Source: Haliotis cracherodii
Lineage: Eukaryota
Assembly (NCBI RefSeq): GCF_022045235.1
Contig: NW_027266319.1
Coordinates: 65,596,001 to 65,660,000, forward strand
Reading direction: 5' to 3'
DNA: 64,000 bases
The position numbers were made by a program, and so were the translations under genes. The notes under the pieces were generated by a model that was not told the DNA's origin, ran no database searches, and saw only the letters and a list, made by a program, of their open reading frames with translations. Shown in pieces: positions 1 to 11,390 of the stretch. The number at the start of each line of letters is the position of its first letter. The first letter of the stretch is position 1.

Positions 1-138
1 TGCCCGGATGGGTTTTTCACCTTTGCCAACCAGGAAGGTGACGTCAGAGTTGTGTTCCGAGGTCAGCATGTGGCGGTTACACTCAACCACGGAGCTTCTG
101 CTCTGCCAGTTCTTCACGAATCCAGATCCTGCTGCCAT
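1..138 (-). CDS. BTB/POZ-BACK protein (BTBD3/6-like), first coding exon, running off the window edge
   Basis: ATG at 138; MAAGSGFVKNWQSRSSVVECNRHMLTSEHNSDVTFLVGKGEKPIRA is near-identical to the exon at 12934-13193; the NWQ...SDVTFxVG pattern is typical of this family. Confidence 0.8.
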   Translation of the reverse strand, partial: MAAGSGFVKNWQSRSSVVECNRHMLTSEHNSDVTFLVGKGEKPIRA

Positions 139-1513
139 GTCTGTATGTCAGCTAATATGAGAATAAAAGCCAATTTTAAGGAATTCTGCCTTCAAAAGTA
201 AAGACACCACTGTTGATGTGAGTTTAGTCCTCTACAGTTCTCTGCATAAAAACATCGACATATCTTTTTCAATGGCTTACTGCAGCCTGGCCTTTTTTAA
301 AAATACCTGGGATCACCTCAGCTAAACTGATAGGGTTACTTATAATTTTTTTAATTATTTCATAAATAATGTAATAATTTATTATTATAATATAGTATTA
401 CTAAATTCTGTCTATGTTCTACGGAACACGCAAACACCTACTTCATTACTACCAAGTCTCGAACTTGAAAAACCGCCTTGACAGTTTAAGAAACGCTAAA
501 CTATCTAAGAGTTGCTTCCCCTTAATATATATATTTCAATTATTGCACCTTTCTTTTCAAACTGAAACTATCGTCCATAGAACGAACGAATTAATGAATG
601 TACATGAACACCCTTAATGCTATATACATAGTTACTCATTATGGACACCACACAACATTGATTTAGACTGAAATGTTGCTTATATAGTTCACTAAATCGA
701 AAGAGGAAGTTGATGGAAACATAACATAAACATTTAACGTCTTGTCATTGTCTGGTTAATATGGTATAGGATTATCACATGTACAATATCCACAAATATA
801 TCTCAATTCCGTTATTTTCTGATAAAAACAGTTCTGACTCACATGACAACGTAATCCACCGCCTGACAGTACGTGTGATATCCTCACTTGTGAACGCGCT
901 CAATAAATCAGTCACGTGATTATCTCGACCGTACATTGAATGGTACACTGCCAATTGTTAATTTTGGCTTAGCTATATAATAACTCATGAATATACTTTA
1001 TTCACAAACAGTATATTACATTGTGGCTAAGGAGAATTGCAGTCGCCAACACATATCTCCAAACATATATCTAGCATGGCTATATAAATAAGAACGTGTC
1101 GGTGGTATGTATTCAATAAAGATATACAACATATTTATTTCAAAGGAGTGAGTAACCTATGCGTAGAGCCGAAGTAAACAATATTGCAACTCTATCGCGA
1201 CTACCTGTTAAATTGTATAATCGAGTATTGGACAGAGAAACCATTTACAGAATGCATGAAGAACGACCCACACCGTCGGGGCACGATGACACGTCACGCC
1301 CCAAAGCCTCCAATGCCCTAAAGTCGGCGATAACGACAGGCTGGGAGGTATTCTTCCTGCAGGGTAGTTACTGAAAATGAAGTCTAGCGTTGGACTGAAG
1401 CCGTGAACAATTAGATTTATACAGTAGAATCTCGTTAATTCGAACTCCATTATCTCGACACATTCTTGAGACGATATCATTATATTAATCCTTGCAGAAA
1501 TGAGGTATAACCA

Positions 1514-1582
1514 GACACTTCGCTTCACTCGAAGGGCGGTATATGTGACACATATACCGCCCTTCGAGTGAAGCGAAGTGTC
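1514..1582. repeat. Perfect fold-back palindrome, 34-bp arms with a 1-nt loop
   Basis: gacacttcgcttcactcgaagggcggtatatgtg-a-cacatataccgcccttcgagtgaagcgaagtgtc; the paralog at ~27276-27310 has only one arm. Confidence 0.95.
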
Positions 1583-2379
1583 ACTGTTCTAACTATTTCA
1601 CGTTGACGATATGTTACTGTAATTATGTTTTAAATGATGCAGATTTCATGCATGTTGTTTTCATCTGTTACATTGTAACATTTTGATATTATCTCTGTCT
1701 TTGTCTTGCATCGCCGAAATACATGAAACCCATTTATCTTGTTAAATTGCAGAATCAGTTATACTGAGAAATTAGTGAACATCCATATGTTATATGTTAG
1801 TTTGGTGTAAATTGGTGAAAAACTTATTGTTTGAAATCGTATAATGCCGGAAAATGATGTTACTGAATTCAAAGTGGAGCGACAATATATTATCATTTAC
1901 TTAATACACCGGTGAATAAATGGTTTTATTATGATTGATTAAAATTAATGTTCATTTTAATATGTTTTTGAAAATGTACATTAATACATTACACATGATG
2001 GTTAAAAAACAATTAATTATATTCAAGACTAATCTGAAATTAACGTTAACAGAGAAAATGATATCAGATTATATAACCGATTTACAGAAGACATTCTAAA
2101 TTGTATCATTATATTATACCAATTTTGAGAACTGTGCATACTTACTTCTTAAAAGGGCCAATCTCAATGGGATGACTGCTACAATGGCAGTTTTGGTAGG
2201 GGATGGGATCAAGGATGTGATAAAGACATCCATTGTTACCTTCGCTGTAACCCAGGCTAGTGCATCGATGACACACCTGACACACAGCCACACCTGCAGT
2301 TATAACTGTTTGGTAAGAATATATCATGACAGACAGTGTACTCACGGGTTCAAAGCAGGGCATTATGGCAACAGTTATA

Positions 2380-2905
2380 AGGTGGAGGACGTCAAGGATG
2401 TCAGGGTGGTTGTGTGGAGGACGTTATGGTAGTCAGGGTGGTAGTGTGGGGGGCGTAAAGGTAGTCAGGGTGGTTGTGTGGGGGCGTAAAGGTAGTCAGG
2501 GTGGTAGTGTGGGGCACGTAAAGGTAGTCAGGGTGGTAGTGTGGGGCACGTAATGGTAGTCAGGGTTGTAGTGTGGGGGACGTAAAGGTCGTTAGTGTTA
2601 TTGTTGAGGACGTAAAGGTACTCAGGGTGGTAGTGTGGGGCACGTAAAGGTTGTCAGGGTGGTAGTGTCGGGGACGTAAAGGTTGTCAGGGTGGTTGTGT
2701 GGGGGACGTAAAGGTTGTCAGGGTGGTTGTGTGGGGGACGTAAATGTTGTCACGGTGGTTGTCTGGGGGACGTAAAGGTTGTCAGGGTGGTGGTTTGGAG
2801 GACGTCATTATTGCCAGGGTGGTAGTGTGGAGGACGTAAATTTAGTCATGGGTGGTGATGTTGATTACGTCAGGGTATTCAGTGAGGTGGAGTGGAGGAC
2901 GTATA
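2380..2905 (+). repeat. G-rich minisatellite, ~30-bp unit (aaggtwgtcagggtggtwgtgtgggggacgta)
   Basis: Roughly 17 degenerate tandem units visible. Confidence 0.95.
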
Positions 2906-3485
2906 AATTAAACTGTCGGTGTGGTGAACATTTGGTGAAGATATTAAACTGACAATTACTCAGGTGTTGATAAATCCCTAATCACTAAATCATATAATTC
3001 TATATTGCAAGTTAGGGGTAGTATCACCATGATCGAACGCAACTATTAATGAAAAATGTTGAGTTGCGAGATCTAAATGCCTATTTCCCACAAAGGGTCC
3101 TATGTGGATCGATTCATCTTGGCAATCGACACATACAATCGTCACTCCCTGCTACACTTGTTTTTGTTTCTTGCTGTTACCAATACAAATCTTCATGTCT
3201 GATGAAATTAACCATGTTTTATCAAATCTGTATCTATGTAATTGGAACTATGTATATATGTACATGTATATGTATAGTTCTAGTCTGGTTACTCCATCAC
3301 ATAGACTCTGTCCTTCGTGGAGCTGACAGTATGCAGTCATTCCTTGTGCAAGCTCTGCTGATCGCGCTCTGCGTTATACACGCTGGTGAGTATTTACTAT
3401 TTCAGAATCTATATTTCTGCAAACCATTGGCTCTAGGGCTTGTTTATTGTCACCTTGTGGATTGAGGGAACACTACATGCAATAA

Positions 3486-3840
3486 GACCGCCTCCGTGGT
3501 CTTGTGGTAGAGCGTCCGCCCGGAGAGCGGAAGGTCCAGGGTTCGATCCCGGGCCGCGTCATACAAAAAGACGTTAAAAGATTGTACTTGTTGTTACCCT
3601 GTCTGGCGCTCGGCATTAAGGGGCTAAAACAAGGACTGGTCGGCTCGGAGTCAGTATACTGTGTCTGAGTGGGGTATTCATGTTAAACTGCGGCATGGTA
3701 TCTCAGTGAGCTAGCACTATAAATCGGCATCAGTCCGGACTAGTACAAGCAGCCACACACACACATACACGCGCATGCACGTCGCTATATAAGTGCAATA
3801 ATCTTGGACGCGACGTTAAACCCAATTTCACCTCACCTCA
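3486..3840 (+). mobile_element. tRNA-derived SINE, family A (Meta/MESC-like central domain)
   Basis: A/B-box-like head (gtggtagagcg...ggttcgatccc), (cacct)n tail, TSD catgcaataa at 3476-3485 and 3841-3850. Confidence 0.85.
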
Positions 3841-4114
3841 CATGCAATAATATTGTACAATACATATATGAAGTTATATATGTTGGTGTATAATGGAATT
3901 GAACCGTGTGTGCAATTGGTACATACAATCATATCTAAAATATGGTTCATATGTTTGAAGAAATGAAACTGTGCTTCAAAGCTTATCAATTACTAGGTTT
4001 ATTGAGTGAACAATATGTGAAATTCTTGACTTCCTCAAAGATAACTTCAGTGTGAACTTTGAGGATAATTCATGTGTCAGGTATATAAATGACCTGACAT
4101 TTCATAATGGTCAG

Positions 4115-4461
4115 GACCGCCTCCGTGGTCTAGTGGTAGAGCGTCCGCTCAGTGCGGAAGATTCGAGGTTCGATCCCCGGCCGCGTCATACCAAAAGACG
4201 TTAAAAGATGGTATTTGTTGTTACCCTGTCTGGCGCTCGGCATTAAGGGGCTGAAACAAGGACTGGTCGGCTCGGAGTCAGTATACTGTGTCTGAGTGGG
4301 GTATTTATGTTAAACTGCGGCATGGTATTTCAGTGGACTAGCACTATAAATCGGCATCAGTCCGGACTAGTACAAGCAGCCACAAACACAAACATGCACG
4401 TCGCTATATAAGTGCAATAATCTTTGACGTGACGTTAAGCCCCATTTCACCTCACCTCACC
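4115..4461 (+). mobile_element. tRNA-derived SINE, family A (second copy)
   Basis: Highly similar to 3486-3840; flanked by tcataatggtcag / tcataatggccag. Confidence 0.85.
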
Positions 4462-4474
4462 TCATAATGGCCAG

Positions 4475-4755
4475 AGGGGCAGGGGTGGCCCAGTCGTCTA
4501 AGGCGCCGCGATTCGCTGTGCAGAGTTGCGTCCCCTGGACGGGCCAAAAACCTATGATTGTGGGTTCGAATCCCGGTTCGCCCCGATTATGTTTCTAGGT
4601 TTGTCAGCACCATACCCGTGCTCGTGGGTTTCACCGAAGTGGTAAACGTCCGAGACCTGCATCACTTCGGGCTTTCCTCCCACATTAAGCTGACACGCCG
4701 CGATATAACTGGAATATTGTTAAAAAGCGGTGTTAAACCCAACTCACTCACTCAC
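4475..4755 (+). mobile_element. tRNA-derived SINE, family B
   Basis: Head ggtggcccagtcgtctaaggcg...gggttcgaatccc, (actc)n tail, same 13-bp TSD. Other copies at ~8780-9000(-), ~9288-9537(-), ~31595-31862, ~43905-44170, ~56205-56470, ~60530-60801(-). Confidence 0.85.
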
Positions 4756-5243
4756 TCATAATGGTCAGTAGCTAATTCCCTTCCACTGATTTACCCACAA
4801 AGTAGACCAGTGTCTCATTTTTAGAACTATGCTTACAGATTCCGAGGGACAAAGAGCTCTTCACAAGACGTCTTTAGAGGGATGACTTCAACGTCACCAA
4901 AGAAAGATTTTCCGCTGTGGAACTCTCATCCAGCAGCTTCAGATCTGTCTTTATTTGAACAGGGTTAAAACAGGCCTCAGGAAAGCTTTCGAAATCTTTT
5001 ATGGTAAATATGTACAGGGCATTTCCAATTTTGCGCATCAGTGGCCAAAAGTACCTATTTTGACTTGTACCACGTGTTCCCGTTTTTTTTACAATTGACT
5101 TGCCTTTGCATGTGCTTGTGATGGGAACCACCGGTGAGGCAGGATATGCTCATCTTTTCGCGAACACTTGGTATCATTACTATTCAATAGTGTGAAACAC
5201 TTTCTCATTAAAGTACAGATTCTCGTACTGTTTAAGGTTGAGT

Positions 5244-5338
5244 CCCCTCCCGGATTCGAACCCACACTGCCAGAGTGAGGCACCTAATAGACAGCACACA
5301 AAGTCAGCGATCTGACCAACTCAGCCACTGAGGCTTCC
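5244..5338 (-). mobile_element. tRNA-like SINE head fragment
   Basis: gtggctgagttggtc A-box and gggttcgaatcc B-box on the minus strand, with a non-tRNA spacer between them. Confidence 0.5.
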
Positions 5339-6114
5339 ACAAAAATGAAAGTCCGACAACTGGTAGTCAAGATCACATACCTTGAGTGTCCCGGAAGGGA
5401 CTCAACCCCCCAAAAGGATGCAAATCTGTACTTTACTAAGAAAGTGTTATCCCAAATATAACATCTGTTACATTTGACCACTTTCTAAATGGCATTGTGT
5501 ATTCATAGCTCATGCCGTGCCATTTTACACTCAAAGTACGTGATCTAGACTTCTACTTTTTATGAAAGCCTCGATGGCCTTTTAGACTTGACTTTGTGTT
5601 GACCGATTTTCTCCGAATATCAACAAAACTATATCAATTTAATTACATATTCCGTTATTGGATAACACATCAAATCACGTGAGCCTTCGTTCCAGAGTGT
5701 GGAGGAATTAGGACGCCATGCGACTTTAGTTCGCGATCATCCAGCCTGTCTACAGAAGCAGGTTTGTCTGCTAATGAACAAATGAGGATGGATGAAGGAT
5801 GAGGATGAAATACTTCAACTGTTATAATATCAAAAATGTGTAGTCTTACCAGGACCTTCCCGTTCAATGTGTAATGATAATTACAGTGTTTATATGTGTT
5901 GATAAATGATGAAATGCCGCATCAAATAAATACGTTTAACTCAGGAGAGCGACGTGCGACTCAAGCGACACCTATCGGACAGCTGATGGCACGTGACATA
6001 ACGTGGACAATTCGGAATGGGGAGCTGCTGGTACTCAACTCACCAGGTGGCTGGAACCTGTCTATGCCGATGGTTTGTTTATTTTTCCATATTTCTGTAA
6101 ATAATATCTGAGGA

Positions 6115-6280
6115 GTGAGTGAGTGAGTATGGTTTTACGCCGCTTTTAGCAATATTCCAGCAATATCACGGCGGGGGACACCAGAAATGGGCTTCACACA
6201 TTGTGCCCATGTCGGGAATCGAACCCGGGTCTTCGGCGTGACGAGCGAACGCTTTAACCACTAGGCTACCCGACCGCCCC
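6115..6280 (-). mobile_element. Short tRNA-derived SINE, family C
   Basis: Head gtagcctagtggttaaagcg...gggttcgattccc, (actc)n tail, TSD taatatctgagga; absent from the paralogous introns. Confidence 0.9.
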
Positions 6281-6439
6281 TAATATCTGAGGAACGATAA
6301 TAACTGCTTAAAAGGAATTAAACGTCACAACAATATCTACGTAGCTAATGAAAACCGTTTTTCATTCAAAATAAAAATAATAAAAATATCGCTTGGTGAG
6401 AGGGTGAGTATAGTGTTACGACACATGACCAAGCATTAA

Positions 6440-6600
6440 CTTCTTTGAGAGGCATTTAGAAGATGGAATACTAAGTAAGGATACACATTTATGGATGACT
6501 AACTTCTTTATTACAATTAGGAGCGACGTTTCGGTGTAGGTTCTAACACCGTTATCAAGCAAGTCATTTACAGAGTGTGGCTGGCAAGTATATATACAAG
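6440..6600 (-). mobile_element. Penelope-like terminal repeat fragment with a hammerhead-like core (6521-6563)
   Basis: Minus strand reads TTGATAA-c-ggtgt/acacc-GAAACGTC; same family as 33901-34134. Confidence 0.55.
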
Positions 6601-6979
6601 TAGGAGGCAATGTAGGAGGCAATTTTTATACGGTAGAGTAGATTTTGTTATACTGGAGTAGAGAAGCCTGTTATGTACACACAAGGGTAGTGATGACAAT
6701 CATCGGTGAAGTCATTGACATAAACAAAGGATGAAGCCAGTAATTTAAACAACGGGATTATCGCTGATACGGTACATAACAATGCTAAATATACGAAGTG
6801 TACACTCCCCAGCTTTTACACTCTCCCTCCAACCCTCTCCATCATACACGGGGGAACCGTTTTCTAAATTTACATAAATGCAATACCTCGTATTTCCTTT
6901 AATAGCCACTGGAGTATCCAGGCGATATATTTGGTATGAAAATCGTCCAGCATCTTTTCTCAACGTGATAAAGTATATT

Positions 6980-8322
6980 CATCGCGTGACGTGTGGCCCT
7001 CTCCAATAATGCTTGTGTTCCTTTCCACCTCCATACAGACAGATGCTGTGCAGTGTCATATCGTGGGAACAAGAAAAGCAGATACTTTCATATATTGCGT
7101 TTTTTGTTCTGACATCAGCGAAGAGTTTGTGTCCATCGTAGAGCCTTGAACATCGTAACACCTTGAAATGATTTTGGAAAAAAATGGGATGGTTCATTAG
7201 AACTCCGGGAGAATGGAGACGGGTCTTTCTCAGGACACAGGAAACATGACATAATTTTGACGTTTTCCGCATCTGTCAAAATCCCTCTCGGCACAACGTT
7301 GTCAATGTAATAGTCCTTCTCCATACTGATGAAGGGAATCCCGTAGACTGTTTCGCCCAAGATCGATCTGAGGTTCTTGGGACTGTTCTCCCTTCCTTTT
7401 CGCCCACTTTCGGACTCTGCCCAAGCTGTGGCTGCTTTGAATGCGTTTTCAGGCTGGATAATGAGATCACCTGACTTCATTACGTTATCAAAGCAATCAT
7501 GTCTGAAACTGTCAGTCGCAAAACAAATATCTCCATGTTGAAGAACGATGTTGTAAGCTTTGTCACAGAGATCCTTTTCATCAAACCTGTGCGCATGCTC
7601 GAGGATGAGACAGGCATTTTCAGGTGACAGGCAATCCTCCGGGTAGGTGAGACACAGAGTCTCTAGACCCCCAATGGCGTACTTCTTGGCCAGGTACAGC
7701 AACCCAGTCACGTTCCCAGGTGTGACAGTCGCGTCATCTGTGTACAAGTACCTGTAGGAAACAAACTACATGTGTAGGCTACACTTATTTGTTAGATTTT
7801 AGTATAAACAGTGACATAAACATGTAAGTATTATGCTGTCACAATGCATTTCTTATGAATTTAAAAGTAACCTTGTTTTTCAATAAGAACCAACAATTCT
7901 CAATCATACTGCCATGTGATGATTGTGACCGACACAACATCCCATTTACGCTGTTCTGTAGTTTTGTAGACGGGCTCTGTGGCCGTGCGCATTATCATCC
8001 TGGAAAGTGTAATTTTCCCCGGGAAATGTGAGAATCGAAAAACATCATTATATGTTTGAACAAATGTTGTTTCGATCATCTACAGTCAATACAACAAGAA
8101 CTGGTCGGCTCGGAGTCAGAGTGTCTGAGTGGGGTATCCCTGTTAAACTGTGGTATGGTATCTAAGTGGGCTACCACTATACAACTGGTATAAATCACGC
8201 ACACGCATGTTGCATGTAGTACTCAAAGTTGTGTTCCGAGGTCAGCATGTGGCGGTTACACTCAACCACGGACCTCCGCTCTGCCAGTTCTTCACGGATC
8301 CAGATTCTGCTGCCACGTCTGT
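6980..8322 (-). pseudogene. Decayed BTB-BACK-(PHR) gene copy
   Basis: Exon 1 remnant ~8226-8318 has ATG>GTG and is cut by a SINE fragment; exon 2 from 7751 (YLYTDD...LLYLAKKY...BACK) has a 9-nt deletion relative to the 10951-12001 copy; PHR-like ESICFSCSHDMTLHSICLYGG lies in a shifted frame. Confidence 0.8.
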
Positions 8323-10842
8323 CGGCGAAAATGAGAATTTAACCCAAGAGCAAGGAATGTGTCACAATGGTGATGTTTAAAGTCAATGGCATAACAAAGC
8401 CATATATTGTTAACGTAATATTAGTTCTCCACACCGTTCTCTGTAAATTAAAAATGGACTTTTATTCTCTTTGTTTGTTGTTCACTCAGCAATATCACAG
8501 CTGTGTGACGGTTGTGCCATCTTATATATCTCCAGGCAGATCTCGAGAACCACAGCAATGGATCCAGGGGTTAGAGTACAGTAGGTTTACCAAAATGCCA
8601 GCCCTGGAGATAGTTGATGCAGCTGTTTATAACAAAAATAATCTGGACAAGTCAACCAAGTGATTGACATCATGAGCATCGATCTACGCACTGGGGGAAC
8701 GATAACATGCCTCAACCAAATAAGCGAGACTGACCACCCGATTCTGGTAGTTGCCACTTACAACTGGCATGTGTTGCTGAGTGAGTGAGTGAGTGAGCTG
8801 GGTTTAACGCCACTTTTAACAGTATTCCAGTTATATCACAGCGTATCAGCTAAATGTGTGAGGAAAGCCCGAAGTGATGCAGGTCTCAGACGTTTACCAC
8901 TTCGGTGAAACCCACGAGCACCGATATGGTCCTGACAAACCTAGAAACATAATCGGGGCGAACCGGGATTCGAGCCCACAATCATAGGTTTTTGGCGCGC
9001 CAACATGAGTTGCTGAAGACCAATTCTCTTCTGGCTTGCGGCCAGTTACAGCCTCCACTTCGTTATACCGCCCTTGATCGTGATTCATTTTACTTTTGCT
9101 CGTTTTCAGCTGGAATGGATTTCTATTTTTTCTGAATTTAAAGATAGAAAATTGTCTAAATATAAAAGAATTGAAAATACACCAGATAAGATTATCATGA
9201 TCAATTGAATATTTTAATTTGATGACAGAGAGAATAGAAATCATTTGTGAACCCAAGAAATGAGTGTGATTAAACGAGAGTGAAACAGTGAGTGAGTGAG
9301 TTGTGTTTAACGCTGCTTTTAACAGTATACCAATTATATCGCAGCGTGTCAACTTAATGTGTGAGGAAAGCCCGAAGTGATGCAGGTCTCAGACGTTTAC
9401 CACTTCGGTGAAACCCACGAGCATGGGCATGGTGCTGACAAACCTAGAAACATAATTCGGGCGACCGGGATTCGAGCCCATGATCATAGGTTTCTGGCGA
9501 ATCGCGGCGCCTTAGACGACTGGGCCACCCGGGCCCCGTAAACGAAGGTGATAACTGCTATCATTGCACACTGCCGATGGTATGCCGACAGCCAAGGATG
9601 TCAACAGTGGGTATCACGGCGAGGCGGTCTGTCAAACTATTGAAAGTGTGCGCTAACCACACATACTCAGATGGCTGTGTGGTAACTTCAGTCATGGCGA
9701 GTTCGGCGACCCAAATGACTGAAATAAGAGCATTTGCTCATAGTTTCTAAAAAATCCAAACTAATAGTACAGTAAACTTTCATTTCTGAATATTACGGAA
9801 AGTGGGAACATACCTATAATGGTGATAGTTGCTGGAAGTATATAAGTATGGATTAATTATATTAAAGACAGTATTATGCACGTGCGTGTATCAAACTTAT
9901 TTTACGAAAAGATATTTTGAGCTGGACTATACTGCACGGGGGTGATCGAACGAACGAACGCACTAACACATGCAGACATAAATTGGTAGAGCTGATTATT
10001 AATTTCAAGTTTTGAGTTAAATCCTGTAATAGCGTGTTATAATAAATATGTTCAGCACATTTCTGACTCTCGTTCGTTCGTGAGTGAGTGAGTCAGTGAG
10101 TCAGGGAGGGAGGGAGGGAGGGGGGAGGGAGGATGAAGGCTTGGGACATATGGACAACTCTGTGAGAGCAAGGAATAAAACCAGACATCCCCTCTGTGTG
10201 TACAAGGATCTTGGCTTGGGACATATGGACAACTCTGTGAGACAGTTTTTTGTGGTAGATATCAGTAAGCAGTAAATATCTAAGATTTGCATGAAGCTGC
10301 CAAAGTCAGAAACGGATGGGGACAGCACCATATCCTAACCCAACACCTGCCCACGCAGCCACACAGTGTATGTTTGAACTCACGCGCATTGCTTTTACGT
10401 TTGTTTCCATGACAACAATGCTGTATGAGCCGTGTACTGTCAATACTTAAATGGGTTTCTTATAGTATTAAATAAAACAACAATCAAAATATAGAATACA
10501 AGAAGATGTTTATTCATTATTAGCAACTACATTGATAGTAAACAATTTAAAGAATAGAATGTGCTTTTTTATCAAATAACCTGTTTATCTCATGTGGTAT
10601 CAAGGCAAACTTGTTATTCACATGAGTAGATAACTGAATCTCGGAATCTGCGACCAGCTCAGGTATGTACAATCTCAGTAACTCGGACATTCCGTACTGG
10701 TCACACAAGAATCCGGTGCTGTTCGGGAGCAATTCAAAACTTCGGTGTAGAATCGAAACCTTTATTCTTTATGCATCGGGGAAGGGATAAACTAGTCGAT
10801 ACGTTTTTATGGAATAGGTGCGTTTTGGTACGTTTGTGGGAG

Positions 10843-11390
10843 TTAGGGATTTAGTACGTTCTGATTATTAGGGAAAACATGCGGTACGATTTGGGGAATG
10901 GGTCGACCGGTCTGTTCGTTTTGACTAATAGGGAAGCCATGTGGGACGGTTTAGGGATTGGGTCGACCAGACTGTTCGTTTTGACGAATAGGGAAACCAT
11001 GCTGGACGGTTTGAAGTAAAGGACTCGGTACGAATATGGAAGGTCGTCGACCAGGCTGTACTTTTTCCTTTTTAACGGAACCAAGAAAATTGTCGGATTG
11101 GGGGATGGGTTGACGAGACTGTTCGTTTTGACGAATAGGGAAACCATGCTGGACGGTTTGAAGAAAAGGACTCGGTACGAATATGGAAGGTCGTCGACCA
11201 GGCTGTACTTTTTCATTTTTAACGGAACCAAGAAAATTGTCGGATTGGGGGATGGGTTGACGAGACTGTTCGTTTTGACGAATAGGGAAACCATGCGGGA
11301 CGGTTTGGGAAGTGATTTGACGAGACTGTTCGATTTGACGAATAGGGAAACCATGCGGGACGGTTTGGGGGGTGGGTTGACGAGACTGAG
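10843..11390 (-). repeat. Coding tandem repeat: 60-bp units plus a 147-bp higher-order duplication
   Basis: Unit QTVPHGFPIRQNEQSRQPIP; the block QSDNFLGSVKxEKVQPGRRPSIFVPSP occurs twice. Confidence 0.9.

Larger units (their letters stand above)
1..2105. repeat. Segmental duplication, paralogous to 13056-13543 joined to ~25412-27875
   Basis: Colinear similarity read directly. The paralog is interrupted by the large transposon and by an insertion at 25514-26392, so this copy serves as the empty-site reference. Confidence 0.9.
3331..6072 (+). pseudogene. Inverted, 3'-truncated animal heme peroxidase pseudogene (exons 3331-3385, 5696-5761, 5945-6072)
   Basis: Exon 1 [18 protein letters not shown] is the same as in the tandem copies; exon 2 is 66 nt versus 85 nt (19-nt frameshifting deletion); exon 3 is the YRTADGT...WGAAG...WLEPVYAD exon; no later exons follow. 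Confidence 0.9.

Noticed and set aside
2380-2905. CRISPR-like array or coding repeat (ORF 2326-2553)
   Set aside because: Contiguous degenerate units without unique spacers, eukaryotic context, no cas genes
3049-3465. 138-aa ORF as a membrane protein
   Set aside because: Only 3331-3385 is a real exon; the rest is upstream and intron read-through
3486-6280. tRNA genes
   Set aside because: The tRNA-like heads run into SINE bodies, mostly with simple-repeat tails and TSDs; no complete cloverleaf seen
10138-10242. 30-bp direct repeat ggcttgggacatatggacaactctgtgaga
   Set aside because: Only two copies, no further structure; probably a small local duplication
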